64,000 bases of DNA from Phycisphaeraceae bacterium. GTDB lineage: Bacteria > Planctomycetota > Phycisphaerae > Phycisphaerales > Phycisphaeraceae. Numbering within the stretch: the first letter of the stretch is position 1; each line of letters opens with the position of its first letter. The notes under the pieces are model-generated. The model saw only the letters and a program-made list of their open reading frames with translations. It did no database searches and was not told where the DNA came from. The position numbers and the translations under genes are program-made. The DNA lies in the NCBI GenBank assembly GCA_963674705.1, contig OY771506.1:1728001-1792000 (forward strand). The letters are read 5' to 3'. Positions 10,122 to 18,979 of this stretch are shown here, piece after piece.

Positions 10122-10611
10122 TTGTCGTGTTCCTTTGCATGACATCAAATCCATGTAACAGTTGCTCGAGGTTGTCACCGGTAATATCTTCAAGCAGCCC
10201 TTCTTGCTGTTCGATTAGTACGATGGCTCGTTTTGTTGCTGATGCAGCGGTGCGTAAGTTTTCGGCACGACCGCGTTGTGCTTCAGCCAAACTTGCCTGG
10301 TGCGTCAACAGGGTCTCTCTTGCCATCACATACACAGCTGTGGCTTCACTTACCCATTGCGGTGTTAGTTGTTCAGCCCGTTGCAGATCATGCAGGTATG
10401 CATCCTCAAGTGCATCGAGGTTATTTCGTGTATTAGCCTGCTCACGTTCAGCATCGTCTTCGAGCCTTGCGGATTCTTCGGTTAGTGCACGCTCTGTGAT
10501 CTGTAGCAGCGGCACGACGGATGAAGGTGTGCTGCATCCGCAAAGAATAATGATCGCAGAAAGAGCCAGAAACAGCAGACTCCATTCAGATCGTCTTGTG
10601 ATCCATGTCAT
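10114..10611 (-). CDS. Coiled-coil lipoprotein (possibly spanin-like)
   Basis: Signal peptide with lipobox-like LCGC, then a long helical, heptad-like region; lies between holin-like genes. Confidence 0.5.
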   Translation of the reverse strand: MTWITRRSEWSLLFLALSAIIILCGCSTPSSVVPLLQITERALTEESARLEDDAEREQANTRNNLDALEDAYLHDLQRAEQLTPQWVSEATAVYVMARETLLTHQASLAEAQRGRAENLRTAASATKRAIVLIEQQEGLLEDITGDNLEQLLHGFDVMQRNTTNE

Positions 10612-10855
10612 GATGCATCTTCTCCAGGAGTTCTTTGAGTTGCAGTTGAGTCCGGTCGAATCGCGCAATCGCACGCGTGTTCTGCCTGACGAGCTTGACT
10701 AATGTGTTCAGCTCGTGGTGTTGTTGCTGTAGATGGATGTGGGCCTCATTAAGCTGCGCCTCACGCTTGCGCGACATCAAACGCTCCCACACCCAAAGCA
10801 TACCCATCAGGCCCGCCACGCCGAACTGTGTCAGCGGTTGTATCGCATCCATCAT
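10586..10855 (-). CDS. Single-TM plus coiled-coil protein, BhlA/UviB-holin-like
   Basis: QFGVAGLMGMLWVW TM segment, then RKRE and a coiled coil. Confidence 0.45.
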   Translation of the reverse strand: MMDAIQPLTQFGVAGLMGMLWVWERLMSRKREAQLNEAHIHLQQQHHELNTLVKLVRQNTRAIARFDRTQLQLKELLEKMHHDMDHKTI

Positions 10856-10877
10856 CTTGAACACCTCTTGTGTGGTG

Positions 10878-12653
10878 CTAGTAAACCATCGTTATGGCAG
10901 TGGTTCGGCCACGCGTCGGATGCATGGCAAAACGTGTTTGGACCGAACGGATAGTTCCGCCAGATCGTGTTGCCGATTGGGGGAGCCCGTCGATAGCCTT
11001 GTCTAACCCCTTGACTTCAAGCAACCGATCACCTGGTTTAAGGAAAGGTCTGGTTCCCGTAAGCACAAGCGTTGCACTAGCGCCTCTTATATGGCTACCG
11101 TTGGCGTGCCTTGTAACACGATCGGTCAACCATGCGAACATAGCCTGTTGGTCATCAGATATATCCGCCTGCAAGTTTCCCATCGAAAAATCCGAGTAAT
11201 GAATGCTTTGCGGATCTATCCTGGCAAATCGGAACTGATCCGACACATCTAACACTTTCGGATCAAGCGTGCAGCGGAACGGATTACCAAACCAGCGGCT
11301 TAATTCGATAGGCTTTGGGCTTGTAAGACTGGCTGTTACACGCACGCGTGCAGTGCCGTTCTTCGCTGCCGCCAGGAAGTCCATGGGTAGTGTTTTCGGA
11401 TCGAGATAAATCCCAGCCCGATCGGTCAGGATAGCTGAGGCCATTACAATGCTGACCCAACTACTGCCAGCATTAACGCTGACTTCGATTTCAGGCTTGC
11501 GTGGATCGCCCCACTCATCGAGTGTCAGGTTGTCTTCAAAGCGAAGCGGCTGTGGATTGATACCGCTGGTGCTGAAGAACGCATTCAAGTTGAATGCCTG
11601 GCCACGGTTATATGGTGACAGAGTGTAATAGCCATCTTCATTGAGTACCCAACGCCGATATACGTCGGCATACAAAACAAAGTTCGAGCTGTCATCCTTG
11701 TCGTACTCGTCATCAGCCCGTCCTTCCAGTGCAGGGTCCCAGCCGCCGACCAAATCAAACGTTGATTCCACTCGCCAGCCGTCGGCTCGGGCGATCCAAA
11801 GTCGAGCTGCGGATGTGGGTTGTAGGGTGTTGACCTCGATCACCTCGCCGATGGGGTTGCTCTCACTTGGCCAATTGATTCTGATCGGCCGACCAGCCGA
11901 CGCTGGGCGAACGACGCGGCGCTCGATGATGACACCGCTCTCACATGATAGATCACGTTGAACTACCAGATCGTACGTATCAAGCAGGTCCTCAAGTACA
12001 TCGCGTATCGGTTTGCGTAGATCGACCGTCTCCGACAACACACATTCTGAAAGCTGACGGGGTAGACCAGTTGTTGATAATTCCAAGTTGGCTAATGCAG
12101 ATAAAGTCCTGATCGCCTCGCCCACGGTCCACACTAAGCCTGAATCTTCTTGTAGAACATACACCCACGAGCCATTGAATATGACCTTGTTGGCGGAACA
12201 ATTAGCACTTACGCCGATCTTTAAGATCCCCGAATCCATCGTAAATAAGATTCCGCCTGCCCCGATCCACCAGATATCGGTCATTGATTTGTCTGTCAGT
12301 TCGGTCCATGCATCACGCAATTCAAAATGTAATTCGTGTGTGCCTGCCGCTTCGGAAGTATCAAGCTGATAAAGTCGGCCGTTCGATAATACGGACCATT
12401 TTGTCAGCCCGTCTGATAGCTGTAAGGGGATAGCAATCGTGGCTTGAGCATTGAGCCATCGTGAGCGGGTACATGATGTGATTGTGGCATCGTTTGAGAC
12501 AAGTTGCGATGTACGAATGTCTAATGGGCCGGCGACATGATGCGACGCGACCGAAAGGCGTGGTTCCGGGACGCCATCGATCAGCACGACAGGTTCAGGA
12601 TCGTCGGTGATGGCTGATTTCGCTAATTTGTCAAGAGATGCGCAAGCGGTCAT
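10878..12653 (-). CDS. Putative virion structural protein (tail-tip/hub-like), 591 aa
   Basis: Long ORF translationally coupled (ATGA overlap) to the upstream gene; position and size fit a hub/Tal-type protein; no motif-level proof. Confidence 0.4.
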   Translation of the reverse strand: MTACASLDKLAKSAITDDPEPVVLIDGVPEPRLSVASHHVAGPLDIRTSQLVSNDATITSCTRSRWLNAQATIAIPLQLSDGLTKWSVLSNGRLYQLDTSEAAGTHELHFELRDAWTELTDKSMTDIWWIGAGGILFTMDSGILKIGVSANCSANKVIFNGSWVYVLQEDSGLVWTVGEAIRTLSALANLELSTTGLPRQLSECVLSETVDLRKPIRDVLEDLLDTYDLVVQRDLSCESGVIIERRVVRPASAGRPIRINWPSESNPIGEVIEVNTLQPTSAARLWIARADGWRVESTFDLVGGWDPALEGRADDEYDKDDSSNFVLYADVYRRWVLNEDGYYTLSPYNRGQAFNLNAFFSTSGINPQPLRFEDNLTLDEWGDPRKPEIEVSVNAGSSWVSIVMASAILTDRAGIYLDPKTLPMDFLAAAKNGTARVRVTASLTSPKPIELSRWFGNPFRCTLDPKVLDVSDQFRFARIDPQSIHYSDFSMGNLQADISDDQQAMFAWLTDRVTRHANGSHIRGASATLVLTGTRPFLKPGDRLLEVKGLDKAIDGLPQSATRSGGTIRSVQTRFAMHPTRGRTTAITMVY

Positions 12654-14791
12654 GCGGATGCTCCTTGTACCTGCAGGTATGCTGTCGGCGTCCCTGCAGG
12701 CTCAAACCAATCAGAGAAAGGTGTGTATTGCTCGACACCATCGTGCGAAGCAAACCGCCAGCGATAACGCGTCTTTGTTGTGGGGAGCGGCAAAGAGACT
12801 TCGATAGTATGGCTCAATACGTCGAAGTCAGGCGTGTCAACAACAGTTACCGCTTGACCGGTCACCTGGTGCAGCAGTTCAATCCATTGAATACCTGAGT
12901 CGCCAAGTCTGCTACTCCAGATGGCCGACAGTCGAACCTCACCATTTTCAATACATAATGGCCAAGCTTCGACATCAGGCCAGGCAGGCATCGTGATCGT
13001 TTGAAGTAACGCACCATCCACGCGCTCGACACAGATGCTCCTGCTCGATGCCTCGAGCCTGCCTTCAGAATCACTGCGACGAATCACATAGTGCCAGATG
13101 CTGTTTGAGGCCGGCAGGTCGTTACTCAAATTGATAGAAGTTGAATCGGCCGACAACACATAACTTGGCGACGTTACATCCATCTCTTCCAGTGATGCCA
13201 ATGGCCCGAATAATTCGATCCCCTGCTTGGGCATCATGACCTTCATCAACGGGTCACCCACCAGATAAAAGCCAGATCGCAATACAGGCTGTGCGACATG
13301 CCATGCTTCCGCCAGCGTCCAGCCATGAGTGAGTGCGCCAAAGAACGCATCCACGTCAGGAATCGCCGTAATGGGATTGTCGCGACAGGATGCAATAGCT
13401 GCAGCGTATCCCGCATGAATCGGCGTATCGATCCAGTTACCCGGTGTTTCACTACGTAACGTCGTCGCTGAAGCCCCAAGGTATAGTTGTACGCATACCG
13501 CTCTCTGGCCCGGCGGATCAACAAAGATATTGGGGTCAGGCAATGACGAATCCCAGCCCCAGTAAACGCCATCGCCAGACACATCAGCGAAACTCGCTTC
13601 TTCGTTGCTTGCCGGATCGCCACTTAACACAATCGGTAATCGGGTTTGCATGCTACCCATCCCTGTCGTCCAATCCAGCATGCCGGTAAACGCCTGTTGA
13701 TAAGTTGGCTCATCCCCGACGAACGGATCGAAGTAGATCGTGGATTCTGCACTGTTAAGCCCCGAGTTATTGATTGTTGTCGCGCTATCGAGCACGTTGT
13801 ATGCCTGCTGTAAATCATGCGCATCGAAACGCGCCGTCATTCTGACGCCGGATAGATCGTTAAAAGAGAGCCGTTGGAGTTCGGCCGGGGAGGCATTCGG
13901 ATTGGTTAACATACCTGCAGTTAGATTGTTGGTATGTATGAGCGCAGGAATCGCTTCAATCGGCCCCTGTCCCGTGAAGTCGACGTATCCGGGCGCTCGG
14001 TAACCTATCAATATGCCCATGATCTGGTTCATCAGATGATTGTCAGTCAGATAATCATCAATCTGATTAACCATCGACACATACTCAGCCGCATCAATTA
14101 TCTCTGTTACAGGCAAAACCAAACCAAGAAGATTAGCAAACGGTATGTCGTGTAATTGCCGGTATGCCTCGACCCATAGTGCCGCATCGGCAACCGCCAG
14201 GTTGTACACCACCAGCCAGCGTGCCGGATCTCCTGCGTGCTCTTGCGCAGGCTGCACGGTCACCGGTCCGATGTATTCATCCGCAAGTATCAATTCATCC
14301 AGAAATAACTCACCCGTTACATCGGTCTGCTTATTAATAACACCGAACAGGATGGTCTTGATCCCAACACCGCCCAGATCAGCACTTGGATGATCCACTA
14401 GCACACCATTGACCCAGAGATTCAAGACTCCCCCGCTGCTATCCAACGCGACTTCAATACATTGCCACGAGATCACACCATCCAGGATTGCCGACGCATG
14501 TACAATACCGGGTGTGCTTGCAGTGATAGTGCGAGAAGACGAGTCATAGCTGATGCGCAGTACTTCTTTACCTTGTTGATCCAGTCCTGCAAGCAGCACC
14601 AGGCACCCCCCATTGATCTGTCGGGGGTTCAGGACAAAACGAATATGTAGAAGCGACTTCTCGTTCTCCAAATCATGTCGGATATATCTGCCCTCATCAC
14701 CAGATGACAAAGTCACTTGCAGGCTTCGGCCTCCGTCCTTCGGCCGATCGGGAAATGTGCATGTGTCTGTTTGGTTCAGCATCGTGCCCAT
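12650..14791 (-). CDS. TIGR03790-like domain protein with N-terminal beta-sandwich
   Basis: WLVVYN...YRQLHDIPFANLLGL and GWTLAEAW...LVGDPL match my recollection of the TIGR03790 pattern; ConA-like N-terminus (WQCIEV...LWVNG...FLDELIL); no signal peptide. Confidence 0.55.
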   Translation of the reverse strand: MGTMLNQTDTCTFPDRPKDGGRSLQVTLSSGDEGRYIRHDLENEKSLLHIRFVLNPRQINGGCLVLLAGLDQQGKEVLRISYDSSSRTITASTPGIVHASAILDGVISWQCIEVALDSSGGVLNLWVNGVLVDHPSADLGGVGIKTILFGVINKQTDVTGELFLDELILADEYIGPVTVQPAQEHAGDPARWLVVYNLAVADAALWVEAYRQLHDIPFANLLGLVLPVTEIIDAAEYVSMVNQIDDYLTDNHLMNQIMGILIGYRAPGYVDFTGQGPIEAIPALIHTNNLTAGMLTNPNASPAELQRLSFNDLSGVRMTARFDAHDLQQAYNVLDSATTINNSGLNSAESTIYFDPFVGDEPTYQQAFTGMLDWTTGMGSMQTRLPIVLSGDPASNEEASFADVSGDGVYWGWDSSLPDPNIFVDPPGQRAVCVQLYLGASATTLRSETPGNWIDTPIHAGYAAAIASCRDNPITAIPDVDAFFGALTHGWTLAEAWHVAQPVLRSGFYLVGDPLMKVMMPKQGIELFGPLASLEEMDVTSPSYVLSADSTSINLSNDLPASNSIWHYVIRRSDSEGRLEASSRSICVERVDGALLQTITMPAWPDVEAWPLCIENGEVRLSAIWSSRLGDSGIQWIELLHQVTGQAVTVVDTPDFDVLSHTIEVSLPLPTTKTRYRWRFASHDGVEQYTPFSDWFEPAGTPTAYLQVQGASA

Positions 14792-15476
14792 GAAACCCCC
14801 GATGCCGTGGCGGCTTGGTAGTGTGCGTAAATGCGTTCAGTAGATAGCGCATGGTCATAAATCGCGAGTTCGTCCAATGAACCGTAATTAAAATCACTAT
14901 TGGCGGATTGATTAATCAGAAGTGTTGAATCCGCCGTGTTGATGATCGTGCTGCCGGCTCCTGCTAGTACTGAAGCAGACAACAAAGCACTATCCAAGTA
15001 GAGCGAGAATTCATCACAGCGCGTTGCACCAATAGGGAATGTTAACACCAGGTGATGCCATTGTTCGTCAAGTGAAAGACCCGTGACGCCAAATCGGCAA
15101 TTAACCACTGCTACGGATACTTCATCGGTGGTGTACGTCATTAACAGCCTTGTGCCCGCAGATGTATTTCCGTAGTTGATACCGCGATAGGCCACTGTGC
15201 TGCTATTAGCTTTAAACCATAGTTCAATCGTGCGCTCGCTTGCACCAACCGGGAGCCAACCGGTCTGGCTTACACGCAGCCCGCCTGTTCCATTTGATTC
15301 AACAGCCGTATCGCTATCGAGAATCAGTGGCCCGGTCGTCCCCCATGTCAATACACCATCAACTTGAGCGTCTTGGTTCCCGGTTTCATCATGAGCGGTT
15401 GGGCCGTTTGATCCTCCCAGTCGAAGATACATCAACGGGGAATCCGCCATGACTTCGCCGCGATAACTGAGCCGAC

Positions 15477-16521
15477 TAGAGCGTCTTCCAATCTCATGTA
15501 GCATACCCGCAGCTGCGGAAGTAGTTGCGGCACTCGTCCAGTGATACCGCACGCAACGCCCGACCGATCGCCTCAATCAGTTTGTCGCTGGTCCGCGCGG
15601 CGGCGGCACGCAGCAGGGCTTTGACCTTGCTCCACATCTTCTCGATCGGGTTGAAGTCCGGTGAGTACGGCGGTAAGTACCACAGGTCACAGCCCGCCGC
15701 TTCGATCGCTTCACGCACCCCGCGCACCTTATGCGACGCCAGGTTATCCATCACGACGATCTGGCCTTGCTTTAGTGCCGGGGCCAGGCAACGCTCGACG
15801 TAGCCGCGGAACAGCGCCGCATCCGTCGCGCCGTCGAAGGCCAGCGTCGCCCGTTGGATCACACCCTCACAACCGATCGCGCTGAGCATCGTCGTCGTAC
15901 GCCAGTGGCTGTGCGGCGCCGCGGCGTCCAGCCGGCAACCGCGTCCGGCCCAGCCCCGCAGGCGGGTCATGTTCGTCCTCGCGCCCGATTCATCCAGGAA
16001 AACAAGCTGCTTAGGCTCGATGAACCGTGTGGCGATGCGGAAGTTCACACGCTGCTGCTTCACATCCGCGCGGTCCTGCTCGCTGGGCCGTAATGACTTT
16101 TTTTAAACGTCCACCCCAGCTTCCAACGCACCGTCCGCCACATCGTGCCCAGCCCGCAACGGATGCCCAGCTCACGCTCACAACGCACACGCAACGCATC
16201 CAGCGTCGTGTCCGGCTTCTGCTTGAGCATCGCATGTACACGCTGCAGGTCTTTGCCGGCGAACCGGCTGACGTAGTCGCCGCCCTGAGGCCGCGGCGCG
16301 ATCCCCTCGCCTTCACGACGCCGTTGCTTGAGCCGACGCACCCACGAGGCGCTGACCGAGAACCGCTTGGCCACCTCACGCGTGCCGTGCCCGGCATCAC
16401 ACGCCGCCAACACCCGCTTCCGCAGATCCATTGAATATGCCTTCATCAAAGCCTCCTTGCTTGAAGGCACAGCATAATCACTTGTGTACAAGGGCGCTAC
16501 AGTGGCGTGGAAGATGCTCTA
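15477..16521 (-). mobile_element. IS630-family insertion sequence with TA target duplication
   Basis: Ends TAGAGCGTCTTCCA (15477) and TGGAAGATGCTCTA (16508-16521) are 13/14 inverted repeats including the duplicated TA; GC visibly higher than the flanks. Confidence 0.93.
15494..16446 (-). CDS. IS630 transposase (two ORFs joined by a probable -1 frameshift)
   Basis: OrfA MKAYSMDLR HTH; OrfB DDE motifs FLDESG, VMDNL, LPPYSPDFNPIE; TTTAAAAAAAG at about 16097-16107, where -1 gives KKSLRPSEQDRADV. Confidence 0.9.
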
Positions 16522-16612
16522 ATAGGTGGCGCCTGCAACTCGCCCCATGCAGGCACCTGGAAGTCAATATGTTTATATACAGTCATGCCGCTTCTCGCCG
16601 ATTGGTTAGGGA

Positions 16613-17065
16613 TCAAACACTGAAAATATGTTCGATACGCCGATCGAGTATTTGTGTGATCTGTCCGGATGCGATCGTGACTTCCGCCAGTTTCAGGTGC
16701 GCCGTGCCGGGCCAGCCAATACCATCTAGCCCCGCACCAATACCAGCTTGGCCGGCGTCGTTGAATAGCCACAGGTAAACTGTGTCGTTGTTATAGGCAG
16801 CAAGTTCTAGCGTTTGCCCGGCACATTCGAGCACTACCCCCGAGATACTCGCCCGACCCGGTGCAATCAGCACACTTGTGCCCGAGCCACCGTCACGACA
16901 GACACGCAATGCACCCAAAGAGGATTCGGCCAATAGATGAAGCGTGCGTATCAGCCATTCGTAATAGGGCTGCAGGCCGTTCGGTGGGTACTCAAAACCG
17001 GCAACCGCATGCCGAGTACCGACAAGGCTATCGATTTCGATGCTGGTAAGTTCCTGGATAGGCAT
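16613..17065 (-). CDS. Hypothetical virion-associated protein (150 aa)
   Basis: ORF within the phage-like operon; V.IAPGRA.I.G and LAEVTI...ITQILDRR resemble tail/baseplate-associated domains. Confidence 0.5.
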   Translation of the reverse strand: MPIQELTSIEIDSLVGTRHAVAGFEYPPNGLQPYYEWLIRTLHLLAESSLGALRVCRDGGSGTSVLIAPGRASISGVVLECAGQTLELAAYNNDTVYLWLFNDAGQAGIGAGLDGIGWPGTAHLKLAEVTIASGQITQILDRRIEHIFSV

Positions 17066-17099
17066 GTTGTGATCCGATTCTTTATTTGTTGCTTGCTGG

Positions 17100-17831
17100 T
17101 TACGCGATCCTGTCCCACACAAACGTGCTTGGCGAGTTAAGTTGAAGACCTGTTACTGCCGGCGGCAGAAGTTCGGTATTTTGCGTAAGCTCAACTGGCA
17201 ACGCGACCGACTCGCCCACGCCGCTGCCGGCTGAAAGATTCAACGCGTGTTCACCCGCGTCGGTTGCGCATTTCCATCGCCACATCGTCCCGCCATAGCC
17301 CAGTGCACCAGCCCCAAAATCACCGATGCCCAAACCCAAGCCAAACGCATCGTGGAATGTAATACTTCCATCCGCCAACTCCCCGGACTTCATATCAATG
17401 TCAGTCCAAAGAGGACTCTCGCATACGACGCGCCCGTCCAATTCGACTTGGATCAAAGTATCGAACGGCAATGACTCATCACGGATCACATCAATTGAAA
17501 GTGAATCCGATATGCGGGGTTGCCATGCTTTCAATAACCCCGGCTGTGCCCGCCATACTGCGTCCGTTTCATCCATCGGCACCGCAAGCAATTCAACACG
17601 ATGTGGCCGCGTTCGGTCCAGCTCAATCATCACTTCACGCTGAGATACATCCAGTGTCACATCGAATAATGCATCATCCACGTAGATTTGTACCAGACGC
17701 TGCCCCTGCTGCGGCGCCCGCCACCACACGTGCGCCAGGTTTGGATGTTCGCCACCTGTTATCGCAACTGGCCTGGCCAGCACCAGTTCAAATACATCCT
17801 GCGTTGCGTTCGTGGTGATGAAGCTACTCAT
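17100..17831 (-). CDS. Hypothetical virion-associated protein (243 aa)
   Basis: ATGA-coupled to the upstream gene; Gly-rich GLGLGIGDFGAGALGYGG segment. Confidence 0.55.
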   Translation of the reverse strand: MSSFITTNATQDVFELVLARPVAITGGEHPNLAHVWWRAPQQGQRLVQIYVDDALFDVTLDVSQREVMIELDRTRPHRVELLAVPMDETDAVWRAQPGLLKAWQPRISDSLSIDVIRDESLPFDTLIQVELDGRVVCESPLWTDIDMKSGELADGSITFHDAFGLGLGIGDFGAGALGYGGTMWRWKCATDAGEHALNLSAGSGVGESVALPVELTQNTELLPPAVTGLQLNSPSTFVWDRIA

Positions 17832-18196
17832 GGCTTCACCTGCAGATATTCGATCGTGTAGTCACACCTCCACCGGGCACCGATGCGTATAAACGCACCC
17901 GACTTGAAACTGATCATCACACAGTCTGTCCACGCCTTACCATGCTCATCAAATAGAGTGTGTGTCAGACCATCAAGCTTGCTCTGTATCGCATCAATCA
18001 GTGCCTGCAAATCCAATGACGTATCCGCGATTAAACAGCCAACCTGGTCTATCTGCCTGACTTGCTTGCCTTCGATGTCCAGCCGTGCGCCGTAAGAGCC
18101 CGGTGTATTGCGGATCGTATGACGAAGCTTGATCGGCCCCATTTGCAGCACAGCCGTGCCCGAGGCAAATATGGCGTCGTTATCAAGTAGTACCAT
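17828..18196 (-). CDS. Hypothetical protein, possibly tail-tube/Dit/GpU-like fold (122 aa)
   Basis: Size, position and a G...R.I...G.L...LQALID...TL.DEHG.W pattern reminiscent of tube-initiator proteins. Confidence 0.35.
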   Translation of the reverse strand: MVLLDNDAIFASGTAVLQMGPIKLRHTIRNTPGSYGARLDIEGKQVRQIDQVGCLIADTSLDLQALIDAIQSKLDGLTHTLFDEHGKAWTDCVMISFKSGAFIRIGARWRCDYTIEYLQVKP

Positions 18197-18226
18197 GATA
18201 GTGCTCTCAATGGAGTTGCTATTTAT

Positions 18227-18865
18227 TCAGATCCGCGTCATGACGGTGCTGCCAAGCGCGATCCGTCGATCCACGACACCATCACCATCTACATCCAGCA
18301 GCACCGTTGCTTCCGCGCACGCCTCCCTGAAACGTCTGCGGTATTCACTCGCTTTCAGCATCAACGTGTCGTTATCTCCCACCAATGATGCTGCTCCGCT
18401 ATAGATCACTTCGAGTGTGCCCAGTGCCTCAATCCGTGCGAGTAGATCGATCGACATCACTGAAGATTCACCCACTTCACACGCTGCATCTTCATGCTCG
18501 ACACCAATCAGACGCATCAAGCCTGTGTGTACAACTTCGGCCTGGGGGCTGAATGTCCGCGCGATCAGCTCAAGGTTGGATCCGTCACCCCCCGGTATAG
18601 CCGCTTCCATATCCGATGCCCGCGGTAACGACACCTGAAGCGTATTTGCATCAATACGCTCCAGGACTTCATGAACGACACGGTTAAGCAACACAACACA
18701 TCCTGCATCAATACCCGCGGCGACGAAGTCCGCTGAATCGCTGGTCAACGTCGTGCCGGTGAGAACAGCATCTTCCACCTTCAATCGCTGCTGTGCTGCG
18801 AAAGGCACATCCTCAAACACGGCGGGTTCAATCGCCAACAGGTCTCGGTCGGTGGTAAAGCTCAT
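18227..18865 (-). CDS. Putative head-tail adaptor/head completion protein
   Basis: Directly downstream of the capsid gene; helical C-terminal half ending LDVDGDGVVD; GAGG RBS. Confidence 0.45.
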   Translation of the reverse strand: MSFTTDRDLLAIEPAVFEDVPFAAQQRLKVEDAVLTGTTLTSDSADFVAAGIDAGCVVLLNRVVHEVLERIDANTLQVSLPRASDMEAAIPGGDGSNLELIARTFSPQAEVVHTGLMRLIGVEHEDAACEVGESSVMSIDLLARIEALGTLEVIYSGAASLVGDNDTLMLKASEYRRRFREACAEATVLLDVDGDGVVDRRIALGSTVMTRI

Positions 18866-18899
18866 GACTTACCTCGATAAATATGAGTTGGATGGAATT

Positions 18900-18927
18900 G
18901 TGTCGGCAGCGTTCAAGCCGCCGACAC
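18900..18927 (-). terminator. Stem-loop downstream of the major capsid gene
   Basis: Minus strand GTGTCGGCGGC-ttgaac-GCTGCCGACAC, an 11-bp stem with one G-U pair; weak U tract. Confidence 0.45.
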
Positions 18928-18979
18928 TTTGAAATAGAAGGTTGCGATCAAATTCGGGATTAAGATTCAGGGGTCAGCT

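Larger units (their letters stand above)
14776..16586 (-). pseudogene. LamG/concanavalin-like domain protein interrupted by IS630
   Basis: Removing the IS and one TA restores a 255-aa ORF MTVYKHIDFQVPAWGELQAPPI-SRLSYRGEVMADSPLMYLRL...TIELWFK...WHHLVLT...GSLDELAIYDHALS. Confidence 0.8.

Noticed and set aside
14776..14791. Frameshift fusing the LamG and TIGR03790-like ORFs
   Set aside because: The short overlap with its own ATG fits ordinary translational coupling, and no convincing slippery site was seen.
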